Of a stretch of DNA of 64,000 nt, positions 28,931-38,068 are shown one piece after another (position 1 is the stretch's first letter; each line of letters begins with the position of its first letter). Both the position numbers and the translations under genes were made by a program. The stretch comes from a virus. The DNA lies in IMG/VR virus record IMGVR_UViG_3300036716_000695, positions 26,103 through 90,102 of that record; one strand, given 5' to 3'. Below the pieces are notes generated by a model. It did no database searches. It saw nothing but the letters and a program-made list of their open reading frames with translations, and was not told the DNA's origin.

Positions 28931-28933
28931 TAT

Positions 28934-29509
28934 TTATTTTTTTAATATTTTAATTAATTGTTGAAGTGAATTGTTTATCTCATTTAGTTTACCTGCTATT
29001 AGATTTTCATCATTGTTAGATGGTTTATCATCCGGGTTAGGTAACTCTGCAAAGTCTAGATCTAATTTACCTCTACTTGTTACATCATTAATAACCTTAA
29101 GTTCACTTGCAGGAACTAAATGTCTTTGGAAACCTGAGTTACTTGTAATCATCTCATACTCTTCTCTCCAGTGTGGATTAAATTTCAGAAGGTACAAAGT
29201 TCTCTTAGGATCTTCTGAGTCATAGTTTATACTTACAAACTCTGTATAAATGTCTTGACTCTTTTCCATCTCACTAGGAAAGAAACTTACATGTAAGTCA
29301 TCTTTACCTGGTGGTCTATATGCCATCTTAGGTATAAACAGTGCATTTAAATTACCAATAGTTTGAAAGTAATCTTCATGCTCTTCTTTTAATTTATTTA
29401 CTTTTTGTTTACGTTGTTCTGGTGTTATTCCCATTTTTTTACTTTTTAATTTGTTATCTGCGTTCTTGTTGACCAGGGGTTTGCATTTCTTCAATCTGCA
29501 TTTGTTCAA
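28934..29509 (-). CDS. Hypothetical protein (true start probably the internal MGITPEQ)
   Basis: ORF between the helicase and the Sak4-like ATPase. Confidence 0.65.
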   Translation of the reverse strand: MNKCRLKKCKPLVNKNADNKLKSKKMGITPEQRKQKVNKLKEEHEDYFQTIGNLNALFIPKMAYRPPGKDDLHVSFFPSEMEKSQDIYTEFVSINYDSEDPKRTLYLLKFNPHWREEYEMITSNSGFQRHLVPASELKVINDVTSRGKLDLDFAELPNPDDKPSNNDENLIAGKLNEINNSLQQLIKILKK

Positions 29510-30410
29510 ACTTTGCTTTAAAGAAACTCATTCTTGCATCACCATTTCTTGCTTTCAAAAAGTGTAATACCAAAGTTCTATCATTTTCTATAATATATCT
29601 ATCTGGCCCATAGAACCTAATCTTTTGTTTAGCAGGACGGTTTATACCAATAAGCATATCTGCATGTTGTAACATAGCATCTGAACCAAATATATCTGAC
29701 TCAAGAATATAATTACCATACTTACCATCTATTGCTCTATCTGGATTATCAATATTTCTATTAAGTTGTGATAGTGAAATAAACAAACATGGATAATCTC
29801 TCTTACATTGTGTAAAAAACTCACCTAATTCAAATAACATATCTAATGTGTTATTCTGATAAGGTGCTCTCTTTACAAGCATTGTATGATCCAATGTTAT
29901 AATAGTTTTTTTACCTTTATGCTTGTTCATGTACATATCAATTTGCTCACGCATTTGATTTACAGTCATAGGTGTTGAAACTATATCTACCGGATGCTTA
30001 ACTCTTTCCTTAGCATACTGATGACATGTATTCAATACATCAGAAGTAAGTATACTACCAGCACTACATAATTCTTTATATGTTTTACCAGTAATAGAAC
30101 TAAACTCTCTAATAGCTGATGTTCTACCAACCATCTCAAACTGAAATTCTAATACTCTAAAATCATCATCTGGATTTAATGCAAAAGATTCTCTTATAAT
30201 CTGATCTTTAATAAGTGTTTTACCTGAACCAGGTCTACCACCAATTACAGTTAGAGTATTCCATTCTAAACCATCAGTAGCAGCATCATTAAATTTAGGC
30301 CACGGTGTATATATAGACTTTTCAGTCCCATTTTGTCTACCTTGCATGTATTTTAATGCTTCATTGAATGCGGAATATTGCCCCACCCATCCTTCTGTTG
30401 ATTTAGCCAT
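29454..30410 (-). CDS. dnaB: DnaB-like replicative helicase (RecA domain only)
   Basis: GGRPGSGKT, FEM, LDH, SQLNR, SD..GSD...Q.AD, KARNG. Confidence 0.88.
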   Translation of the reverse strand: MAKSTEGWVGQYSAFNEALKYMQGRQNGTEKSIYTPWPKFNDAATDGLEWNTLTVIGGRPGSGKTLIKDQIIRESFALNPDDDFRVLEFQFEMVGRTSAIREFSSITGKTYKELCSAGSILTSDVLNTCHQYAKERVKHPVDIVSTPMTVNQMREQIDMYMNKHKGKKTIITLDHTMLVKRAPYQNNTLDMLFELGEFFTQCKRDYPCLFISLSQLNRNIDNPDRAIDGKYGNYILESDIFGSDAMLQHADMLIGINRPAKQKIRFYGPDRYIIENDRTLVLHFLKARNGDARMSFFKAKFEQMQIEEMQTPGQQERR

Positions 30411-30561
30411 TCTCTATTGTATATATAATACTTGTTACATTATCTATGCTTGAATTACATGATTTAGTGTCTGGTTCCCATTCACCATCTCTTAGCATTT
30501 GAAAATCTTCAAGTACAAGGTTTAATTTATTTAATACTTCTGCTTGTTCTTCTACTGTCAT
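30403..30561 (-). CDS. 52-aa hypothetical protein (absent from the track)
   Basis: MTVEEQAEVL...DFQMLRDGEWEPD...ENG*; overlaps both neighbours. Confidence 0.6.
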   Translation of the reverse strand: MTVEEQAEVLNKLNLVLEDFQMLRDGEWEPDTKSCNSSIDNVTSIIYTIENG

Positions 30562-31148
30562 ACTACTTTTTCTTTAAATGTTTGTTGTTCTGTGTCTATA
30601 CCATCTCTGATCATATCACAATAATCAGCTAATGTAGAAGACTTAACTTTATGTTTGTCTTGCTTACATATAAAATATTGACTTGTCTGCATATACATAT
30701 ATTCTGCATCTCTGTACTCATTCACATACATTCTTGTAGCTTCAAATACTTGATCCCATGTATAATCATATGTCTCAAACAACCATCTAAAAGAACTTGA
30801 TAACATTTTTACGTTGACTCTTGCAGGTTTACCACTAGGCAATCTTTGATTTGGAAATATTTCCCTATAGGTATTTATTTTATCAGCAAAGTCTTTACCC
30901 ATAAGTTGGATGTTTGTTTTCTTTTTTGCTTTTATAAAATAATTATCTAAGTGTGCTATAAAGACTTTTGCATCTGCTGTTAATTTATATGATTCATTAT
31001 CAAATGTAACATATCCATTATCAACTAATGCTTTTTTGTCATCTTCTGAAATCTTAGGTAAAGCTATCTTTAGTTTCATACCAAATAATATAGCTGCCTG
31101 ATTTGGACTAAGTTTGTTTTTGTATATTATTTGGAATAATTCCCACAT
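30558..31148 (-). CDS. Putative replication initiator / helicase-loader-like protein
   Basis: N-terminal winged-helix-like part and C-terminal Y...FP...., Y....YFI motif; lies upstream of dnaB. Confidence 0.45.
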   Translation of the reverse strand: MWELFQIIYKNKLSPNQAAILFGMKLKIALPKISEDDKKALVDNGYVTFDNESYKLTADAKVFIAHLDNYFIKAKKKTNIQLMGKDFADKINTYREIFPNQRLPSGKPARVNVKMLSSSFRWLFETYDYTWDQVFEATRMYVNEYRDAEYMYMQTSQYFICKQDKHKVKSSTLADYCDMIRDGIDTEQQTFKEKVV

Positions 31149-31569
31149 AAGTATTTATTAGTTTATTAACTTTATCAAATGCATTCATATAACTTTTATC
31201 TTTTATATAAAGCATATCATCAACGCTGTTTCTACTGTGCACTACACTTGAATGATCACGTTTAATATATTTACCTACAGCATGGCAAGTATATCTCATA
31301 GTATGACCTATATGACAGTAAATCTTTCTGAACATTACCAAGTCTTTTGTTCTGTTTAATTCAGAAAGCTTATTGATATTTTGTAGTTCAGGATAAAGCG
31401 TATGCATAACAGTTATACATGCTTTATGTATTTGTTGAAGTGTTGGCCTGTACTCTCCTTCATTGTGTAATTTTTGAAATACAATGATCTCAATTCCATA
31501 CTGTCTGAGCATAGTTTCTTTGAACTTAACTATGTCATTATCAAGCCTATTGTGTTGATTATTAGTCAT
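31108..31569 (-). CDS. Protein with a DnaA C-terminal (domain IV) HTH
   Basis: R..DLVMFRKIYCHIG...YT...VG..I.RDHSSVVHS resembles the DnaA RDHTTV signature. Confidence 0.75.
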   Translation of the reverse strand: MTNNQHNRLDNDIVKFKETMLRQYGIEIIVFQKLHNEGEYRPTLQQIHKACITVMHTLYPELQNINKLSELNRTKDLVMFRKIYCHIGHTMRYTCHAVGKYIKRDHSSVVHSRNSVDDMLYIKDKSYMNAFDKVNKLINTYVGIIPNNIQKQT

Positions 31570-31606
31570 TTATGTTTATTATCTAGTTTACAAATTTAAG
31601 GAAATT

Positions 31607-32281
31607 TTACCAGTCTATCAAAGTTTTACCTTGTTTATTTAGTTCTATGTTAGTCTTGTTAAACACGTCATTTGAATCCCAAACACCACCTCTATATGCA
31701 GCTGATGCAGGATGTGTACACTTAAGTATCTTTTGATTAGATATTAGTCTTTCCCATGCTTCTGCTTTTTTACCCATTAATATGAAAACAATATCTTTAT
31801 TGTCTTGATTAATCTTACTAAACAAATGTTCAGTAAAAGGTTTCCAATTCCAAAAATGAGACCCTATTTTATTTACTTCAACTGTAAGAGCTGTATTAAT
31901 TAATAATACGCCTTGGTTAGCCCAACATCTTAAATCAGTATGATCCGTATCAATTGCTTTATTAATATATTGTAAAGACTTTTCTACTTTATCTTTTTTA
32001 CTACAACTAAATGCTAAACCATCAGCTGATCCTAATTGAGGATAAGGATCTTGTCCTACTATAACAACTTTTAGATCATCATATTTACATTCCTTAAATG
32101 CATTAAAAATGTCTTTAAACTTTGGAGTAAATCTTTTACCCTGTTCAACTAAACTTACTAATGAATCTGTTAGATCATCATAAAGTTTACTATCTATGTA
32201 AGGAAATAATACATCTGCCCAACCTGAGCTTTCTATATCTTTTTTTAAATTGTCTTTTAGAATTATAAGGTTTTTTTCCAT
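31607..32281 (-). CDS. ung: Uracil-DNA glycosylase family 1
   Basis: GQDPY, GLAFS, WANQGVLLINTALTV, HPAS. Confidence 0.93.
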   Translation of the reverse strand: MEKNLIILKDNLKKDIESSGWADVLFPYIDSKLYDDLTDSLVSLVEQGKRFTPKFKDIFNAFKECKYDDLKVVIVGQDPYPQLGSADGLAFSCSKKDKVEKSLQYINKAIDTDHTDLRCWANQGVLLINTALTVEVNKIGSHFWNWKPFTEHLFSKINQDNKDIVFILMGKKAEAWERLISNQKILKCTHPASAAYRGGVWDSNDVFNKTNIELNKQGKTLIDW

Positions 32282-32325
32282 ATTTCTTTCAATTTTTGTG
32301 TATATTTGTATATAAATCTTTTATT

Positions 32326-32766
32326 ATGTCTGAAGAAAATCAAAATTTAGAATCAACTGTTACTTATGACTTTTCAAAAGTTATAACAGGTATTACTGTA
32401 TCAACTGCATATATTTCCGGTATTTCTAGAATCTTAACTGACATGGTAACAGACTATCCAAATCCAGCAGGACTACCTAAACTATTTAAAAAGTTTGGTA
32501 CTATAATGCAATTAGAAGATGGACAAGAAATCTCTGATGAAACAAGAGAAAATATTAAACTTGATATAAATGAATCTAATATTTATACATTGTTTTCTTT
32601 ACTTCAACTTCTAAGATTTTTAGCAAAAGAACAAGGTCTTGAACTTTTAACTGAGACTACTGCTACCAAAGATGATCTAAAAGATCTTGCTGATTTAGTT
32701 ACAGCAGGTAAATCTACAGCAGATAAAATCAAAGAGATTAACAGTAAGATGAAAATAGTTAAATAA
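32326..32766 (+). CDS. Acidic helical hypothetical protein; the only + strand gene inside the - block
   Basis: ATG 32326 (MSEENQN) preceded by its own TATATTTG element at 32301-32308. Confidence 0.7.
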   Translation: MSEENQNLESTVTYDFSKVITGITVSTAYISGISRILTDMVTDYPNPAGLPKLFKKFGTIMQLEDGQEISDETRENIKLDINESNIYTLFSLLQLLRFLAKEQGLELLTETTATKDDLKDLADLVTAGKSTADKIKEINSKMKIVK

Positions 32767-33150
32767 CTATCTTAAATTCATACCGTTAAACTCTCCAATT
32801 TCTATACATGATTGTATAGCTAAATTAAGTTCATCTTTATCACAATCTGCAAAAGATTTACAATACTCTTGTCCATCTCTAACAAAGCATAATCCACATG
32901 CTCTTTTTACTTCCATCTTTGCTTCTATAAATGTGTAGCCAATTTCTTGTGCTATTTCTCTAATCATTGCATGTACACGTGCTAACTGTGGGTTACTACC
33001 CTTATCACCACCTACACCAATAAATATTTCTAAATTAGAGTCATCAGGTAAACTACCTAACCATTTATTAAATCTGGTTTGAACTGCTTTCTTTGGAAAA
33101 TACAACTCTCCATTCTTAATTGAAGCTTTTATATATAAGTTATCTTTCAT
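32767..33150 (-). CDS. NinB/YbcN-like protein
   Basis: S..Q...H..I..IA...G......K and KSFA......L pattern. Confidence 0.55.
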   Translation of the reverse strand: MKDNLYIKASIKNGELYFPKKAVQTRFNKWLGSLPDDSNLEIFIGVGGDKGSNPQLARVHAMIREIAQEIGYTFIEAKMEVKRACGLCFVRDGQEYCKSFADCDKDELNLAIQSCIEIGEFNGMNLR

Positions 33151-33299
33151 CCTGATATAACATTACCTATTGCACATGTTATTGATACTACTAAAAATAT
33201 TAGTAGAGTCCAAAAACATCCTTTGTATATATTTGATTGTTTTTCAGGTGATCTACCTTGGTTACTTCTGTACTGTCTTATTTTTTTTTCTTTTTTCAT
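33147..33299 (-). CDS. 50-aa basic single-TM protein (absent from the track)
   Basis: MKKEKKIRQYRSNQGRSPEKQSNIYKGCFWTLLIFLVVSITCAIG...; ATGA overlap with the next gene. Confidence 0.6.
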   Translation of the reverse strand: MKKEKKIRQYRSNQGRSPEKQSNIYKGCFWTLLIFLVVSITCAIGNVISG

Positions 33300-33401
33300 A
33301 TAAACATGTGTTCATCTTGGTTAGTATTATTACTGTTGTCTTCTGGTTGGTCTAATTGAGTTTCTGGTTCTTTTGGGTCATCTGTTTTCACGTGATAAGT
33401 T

Positions 33402-33968
33402 TTAATTATAAAATTTAGTTATTGATTCACTTGTAAGTGTATATAAAGGTGCTTTTAAACCTGCTTTCTTTAATCCGTCATTCACCCATGTGTTACAGGT
33501 GTAATACCAACGGTAGTTGTCTTTACCATAATAATAATTTGGCATATATTCTGAATTATAATGTGATTCATCTACATGCTTTTTAATTATTTGGTATTGT
33601 TTTTCAGAACACTTAACTGTTTTCCAATTAAAAGAGTCAAAATAGAAAGTCTTCTGTACACGTACTAAAGTAGAAGGGTCAGTAATCAAAGTTCTATATA
33701 ATTTTCCTATAGTTAAACTATCAAAAGTATCTACTTCTGTAAAGAATACTTTAGATCCCCAACCATATAACTTAAAAACTCCATCTTCTCTTAATACTAT
33801 ATCTACATGTGCACCATTATCAGATAAATAAAATTCACGTTCTGATGATTCACTGTAAGATCCAGTAGGTATATAGTGTGCTGCAAACATTATTAGTATA
33901 AGAACTAATGATGATACACCACAAATTTTTAATATGTCTTTTATTGCCTTTTTAAAATTCATGAGCAT
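33402..33968 (-). CDS. DUF2459-like membrane-anchored protein (possible permuted papain-fold enzyme)
   Basis: N-terminal TM, NGAHVDIV, YGWGS..FF, Y....TCNTWV..GLK.AG. Confidence 0.65.
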   Translation of the reverse strand: MLMNFKKAIKDILKICGVSSLVLILIMFAAHYIPTGSYSESSEREFYLSDNGAHVDIVLREDGVFKLYGWGSKVFFTEVDTFDSLTIGKLYRTLITDPSTLVRVQKTFYFDSFNWKTVKCSEKQYQIIKKHVDESHYNSEYMPNYYYGKDNYRWYYTCNTWVNDGLKKAGLKAPLYTLTSESITKFYN

Positions 33969-34200
33969 CTAAAATTTCTTGTTCAAAATCTTCATCTATG
34001 AGATTCATGACATCAATATTAACGAAGTTACCTGTTCTATCAAGACCACTATACCATACATGAGTTATATCTGCTGATGGTCCATAACCTGGTGTTCCTG
34101 GATCTCCATTAGAATCATAATATTGATCTGGTTCTCCTGGGTCATAGGTGTACTCAATTGTAACTGATTCACCTGTTTGTGTTATAAGTTCTATTTCCAT
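33952..34200 (-). CDS. Acidic hypothetical protein
   Basis: EYTYDPGEP..Y...GDPG.PG..P pattern. Confidence 0.7.
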   Translation of the reverse strand: MEIELITQTGESVTIEYTYDPGEPDQYYDSNGDPGTPGYGPSADITHVWYSGLDRTGNFVNIDVMNLIDEDFEQEILDAHEF

Positions 34201-34201
34201 A

Positions 34202-34456
34202 TTACATAAATCTTAGTGCTCCTCCATCAACGTAAACAAACTCTTGCCCACACTCAGTGCACTTAGCATTTGATTCATTACGTAATAAAGAAACTTTGTG
34301 ACAATTAGGACAAGGAGTTTCTCCTTCTTCTATGTATTCTTCTATTGCTTTTCTAGCATAGCTGTGTATCATAGAGTCATGAACACCTTTATAAAAAGTG
34401 TTGTCTGCTTCCATTTCATTTTGTTGCTCAATAAAGAGCTCTTTCATTCTTCCCAT
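34202..34456 (-). CDS. Zn-ribbon protein
   Basis: CPNC...CTECG. Confidence 0.7.
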   Translation of the reverse strand: MGRMKELFIEQQNEMEADNTFYKGVHDSMIHSYARKAIEEYIEEGETPCPNCHKVSLLRNESNAKCTECGQEFVYVDGGALRFM

Positions 34457-34459
34457 AGT

Positions 34460-34606
34460 TTACTTTTTTTGACTGTCCATCCAGCATCTACTGCTGCAAT
34501 AACTTTCATACTCTGAAAGCTTACCACATTGTAGACACTTATGAACTTTATTAGTTTTAGTTTCTGTCTTTTTATCATCCATCCAACTCCATTCTTGAAT
34601 ACTCAT
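34460..34606 (-). CDS. 48-aa C4 zinc-finger micro-protein (absent from the track)
   Basis: MSIQEWSW...KCLQCGKLSEYESYCSSRCWMDSQKK*. Confidence 0.65.
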   Translation of the reverse strand: MSIQEWSWMDDKKTETKTNKVHKCLQCGKLSEYESYCSSRCWMDSQKK

Positions 34607-34607
34607 C

Positions 34608-35708
34608 TTAGTTTTTTAAAGGATTGTAAAATTTAATTTTAGAATTGTCAAAATCTTTCAAAGCATTGGTGACCCATGTCTCATCTTGTGTACCTGTATA
34701 ACATAGTATATGACATACTGCTGTTTCAGATGGATTAAGTCTTAGCAATCTACCTATTCTTTGTGAAGATTTTCTCTCATTACCATATGCATGCATAATA
34801 ATACCTTGTTTAAGGTTTGGAATTGTAACACCTTCTGATAATTGTAACACGCATGATAACTTATCAATTCTACCATCAGAGAATAATTCTAGATTCTCTT
34901 CTGATTTTGCATTACCAGAGTGATAACTATGCTTGCATAACTTATCTGCTTGTTTTTGTGTGTTAGCAAATATAATGCACTTACTACCTAAGTTAGAAGT
35001 TAATGATTTAACATAATCTTCTTTAGTAGAATAATCCATCAATGCTTTCATTCTCATGATTGCAGCAAATTGTCTTTGCTTTGGTGTATTGGCATCTGCA
35101 TAACGCTTTGTAGAATAACCATAATCCAAAAATTCTGATGTCCACCAAAAACCTCCATTTTTATTCTTCTTCTTTAATGTCTTAAGTTTAGACAACTGTA
35201 GTTGATGAACAAAAATTTTATAGTTGTTTAGTATTTTAGAATCTGTTGCATCATCTACACTAAATGTAAACTTGATAGGGCAATACTTTTTAACCATTCT
35301 ACCTTTTACAGAATCAGCACGCTTTGGTGGTGTACCTGTTAAACCTAATATTTTACCTGTAAATACAGACAAAAATGGCTCATGTGATTCTAATAAGCTA
35401 TGACATTCATCTAAATAAACTATATCATAGTCATTTGGATTCTGTTTGTTTATAGATAAATATGTTGTAAACGTTATATGTTTAACTAAACCTTCTAAGT
35501 TCATTTTATCTAATTCATCAATCCAAGACTGGGCTACTGAATGTTTTGGTATTACTACCAATGCTTTTATGAAAGGATTATAGTTTCTTTGTAAGTGTTG
35601 TATAGCAATTCTTGTCTTACCTACACCCATAGATATGCCTAAACCACATCTTTTATGTTGTGCAGCTATAGATAATGCATCTGCTTGTACTATTTCTCTT
35701 TTAGTCAT
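34608..35708 (-). CDS. Superfamily 2 (ResIII/DExH) helicase
   Basis: MGVGKT, DECH, LGLTGT, LSEGVTIP, QRIGRLLR. Confidence 0.88.
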   Translation of the reverse strand: MTKREIVQADALSIAAQHKRCGLGISMGVGKTRIAIQHLQRNYNPFIKALVVIPKHSVAQSWIDELDKMNLEGLVKHITFTTYLSINKQNPNDYDIVYLDECHSLLESHEPFLSVFTGKILGLTGTPPKRADSVKGRMVKKYCPIKFTFSVDDATDSKILNNYKIFVHQLQLSKLKTLKKKNKNGGFWWTSEFLDYGYSTKRYADANTPKQRQFAAIMRMKALMDYSTKEDYVKSLTSNLGSKCIIFANTQKQADKLCKHSYHSGNAKSEENLELFSDGRIDKLSCVLQLSEGVTIPNLKQGIIMHAYGNERKSSQRIGRLLRLNPSETAVCHILCYTGTQDETWVTNALKDFDNSKIKFYNPLKN

Positions 35709-35749
35709 AATTATTACATGAATTTTTTAATTTTTTAGATTTATAAAGG

Positions 35750-35823
35750 TGCACCCTACAGGACTTGAACCTGTGACCTTTTCATTATGAGTGAATTGCT
35801 CTAACCAACTGAGCTAAGAGTGC
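35750..35823 (-). tRNA. tRNA with CAT anticodon (elongator Met or Ile2)
   Basis: GCACTCTTAGCTCAGTTGGTTAGAGCA-ATTCA-CTCATAA-TGAAA-AGGTC-ACAGG-TTCAAGT-CCTGT-AGGGTGCA cloverleaf. Confidence 0.9.
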
Positions 35824-35912
35824 TGGTAGCCGGAGTGGGATTTGAACCCACACGGACATTGCTGTCCAAAGGATTTTAAGTCCTTCATGTCTACCAATTT
35901 CATCATCCGGCC
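35824..35912 (-). tRNA. tRNA-Leu(TAA), CCA encoded
   Basis: GGCCGGA...AAGGA-CTTAAAA-TCCTT, long variable arm, GTGGG-TTCAAAT-CCCAC, TCCGGCT-ACCA. Confidence 0.93.
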
Positions 35913-35917
35913 AACAG

Positions 35918-35991
35918 TGATCCCACAAGGACTTGAACCTTGAACCTACAGCTTAGAAGGCTGTTGCTCTATCCAATTGAGCTATAGGACC
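35918..35991 (-). tRNA. tRNA-Arg(TCT)
   Basis: GGTCCTATAGCTCAATTGGATAGAGCA-ACAGC-CTTCTAA-GCTGT...CAAGG-TTCAAGT-CCTTG-TGGGATCA. Confidence 0.93.
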
Positions 35992-36003
35992 TGATGATCA
36001 AAT

Positions 36004-36408
36004 TTAAATCCTCTTTTCAGAAAAACCTAATTCTATAGCCTCTTTTGGATGTTCTTCTATCCACATGTGACATGACCTGCATGATGATAGCCAAGTGCTA
36101 ACCTTTAAATGATATTCTCCACGTCCTTTCTTATGATGTACATCTGTAGAATGTAACGTGCAATTGTGCAAAGCTGCTTGACATATTGGATTCTCTTCAA
36201 GAAACTTACGTCTAAGTTTACTGTAAGCTAACTCAATAACTTGCATTTTCTTTGACTTTTGCTTAATGGGTTTTCTCATTAAAGGTTTAGCATCTGAACT
36301 CTTACTTTTGTACCAGCAACTTTTGCAATAACGGCTTCCTTTATCATTTTTCCAGATAAACTGTTCCGTATTGCAATTGTTACATAGTTTCTTTTTTTGT
36401 TGAATCAT
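36004..36408 (-). CDS. HNH-type nuclease with Zn fingers
   Basis: CNNC/CKSC, then C...C...DVHH.KGRG...CRSCHMWI. Confidence 0.75.
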   Translation of the reverse strand: MIQQKKKLCNNCNTEQFIWKNDKGSRYCKSCWYKSKSSDAKPLMRKPIKQKSKKMQVIELAYSKLRRKFLEENPICQAALHNCTLHSTDVHHKKGRGEYHLKVSTWLSSCRSCHMWIEEHPKEAIELGFSEKRI

Positions 36409-36947
36409 GCTTTCAACTTTTTCTGATTGTCATTTGGACTTAAAGTTAAGTAATTTGCTGGTAATAAACCCTTTGACATGAATAAAAGTATCACATCTTC
36501 ATATACTATACCTAAATCTTTAAAAGACATTGTGTTATTATAGTCTTCTAAATACTCATCAACCGGTATAGATATCAAGAATTCAACTGATTTACCTTTA
36601 AATGTTCTTTTAAAGTAGTTGTTGATCTTTTTACTGCAAATCATTTGTTTCCAGGCATTAATTTCCCTTTGACCTCTTCTCCAAACTTTAGAGATTCTTC
36701 TTTTCTTATCCCAATGTAATTTTTCAACCTCAGCTTTATCATACACGTTTAACCCATGTAACACTCTCTTAAACAAGAAGTGTTGGTATGAATTTAACTT
36801 GGTATACTCAAAGTTGTTAATAATTGTAGGTGGATGTAACTGATATTCATCAAGTATTCCATAATAGTGGTAACGTTGAAGTCTTTTACTTAGGAGATCT
36901 TTACTTTCATTTTGTTTTAGTTGTTTTAATTGTTCTTGAGATAGCAT
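36405..36947 (-). CDS. Hypothetical protein
   Basis: 180-aa ORF. Confidence 0.7.
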   Translation of the reverse strand: MLSQEQLKQLKQNESKDLLSKRLQRYHYYGILDEYQLHPPTIINNFEYTKLNSYQHFLFKRVLHGLNVYDKAEVEKLHWDKKRRISKVWRRGQREINAWKQMICSKKINNYFKRTFKGKSVEFLISIPVDEYLEDYNNTMSFKDLGIVYEDVILLFMSKGLLPANYLTLSPNDNQKKLKA

Positions 36948-36993
36948 ACATATAGTTTTAATTTTTATTTAATATAATTCTAGATTTAATAAT

Positions 36994-37038
36994 AAAAAAA
37001 GGGACTATCACACTATTTCTAGTGGTCAAGTCCCTTTT
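36994..37038 (-). terminator. Bulged hairpin terminator
   Basis: AAAAAAAGGGACT-atca-CACTA-tttc-TAGTG-gtca-AGTCCCTTTT. Confidence 0.65.
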
Positions 37039-37062
37039 CAGTCATCCTTCAGAGATGTTTAT

Positions 37063-37632
37063 TTAGAGTTCAAATGTCTCTTCTTCTTCTACTACTAATT
37101 CTTCTGCTTTCTCATCAACAATTTCATCTTCTACTTTTTCTTCTGATGAGTCAAATCCAAATGCCTCAGCTGTTGTAGCTTTCTTTGGTTTTTTCTCTAA
37201 GTTAAATGAAGTTGAAGCGTTTGCTTCTTTTATTGCAGCACCATTATTATGAGCTAACAATACATCCTCCGCTGTTGCATCAGCAACAAAAAAGGTTTTC
37301 CTATAAATAGGTTCTCCATCAACACAACAGATAATACCTGTATCACCTGCATACTTTAGGTCTCTATCAGGATCATTAGTTGAAAATGCATCAAATTGTT
37401 CTTTGATGATGATTTTACCTGGTAATGTTGTCATAGATTCTAAACCAATAGATTGTAGATCTTCTAATTTACCATGTAATAATGTACTTATGTTTGATTT
37501 CTTAACCCAACCTCCATTACCAAAGGTAACTCTGTCTTGTTGTAATCTTACATAACCGTACTCTGAACTTGTGCTTGATTGGCGGATAACATTTCCCATG
37601 TCATCAGCAATGATGTTTACTTTACTTTGCAT
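37063..37632 (-). CDS. Hypothetical protein with an acidic tail (SSB-like candidate)
   Basis: K.AG..G..C...G.PIYR motif and an E-rich C-terminus. Confidence 0.7.
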   Translation of the reverse strand: MQSKVNIIADDMGNVIRQSSTSSEYGYVRLQQDRVTFGNGGWVKKSNISTLLHGKLEDLQSIGLESMTTLPGKIIIKEQFDAFSTNDPDRDLKYAGDTGIICCVDGEPIYRKTFFVADATAEDVLLAHNNGAAIKEANASTSFNLEKKPKKATTAEAFGFDSSEEKVEDEIVDEKAEELVVEEEETFEL

Positions 37633-37684
37633 AATTTTTGCTTTTTAAAATTTAATAAAATGTGTGAATGATTCTGTCTATCTT

Positions 37685-37954
37685 TTAGACATCATCTGGA
37701 TGAAAATACGGGTCCTCCAATTTCTCTGAACTATCTATCTCATCTAAAGATCTAGAATCTTCAATGATCCTTTCAGGATCTTCATCAGGTTCTTTCTCTT
37801 GTGTTCCAGAAAATTGATTGTAAAAAGGATTACCCACTTCTTTGGTATATACTCCACCTAAACCATTGAGGTCATTTATCTCATCATCTGATAAAGATAA
37901 ATATTGCTCAACTGAACATTCTATTATGCGTCCATTAGGTAACTGTATTATCAT
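37685..37954 (-). CDS. Acidic hypothetical protein
   Basis: MIIQLPNGR.IE.S.E.YL...; preceded by TATTTTTG at 37977-37984. Confidence 0.7.
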   Translation of the reverse strand: MIIQLPNGRIIECSVEQYLSLSDDEINDLNGLGGVYTKEVGNPFYNQFSGTQEKEPDEDPERIIEDSRSLDEIDSSEKLEDPYFHPDDV

Positions 37955-38068
37955 TTTATTTGCTAAGTAAGTTTAACAAAAATATGATAATTTATGTATC
38001 TAATATAACATAATAAGGATGTCTTTTATTATTAGGAGTAAAAAGTCTGCATATATATAGCTAACAGG

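Noticed and set aside
33170-33355. Hydrophobic + strand 61-aa ORF
   Set aside because: It is the antisense of a coupled - strand 50-aa ORF (33147-33299) that fits the operon.
36004-36408. HNH gene as a mobile homing endonuclease beside the tRNAs
   Set aside because: It is short, coupled to the upstream gene and has no flanking intron or insertion signature; more likely a resident nuclease.
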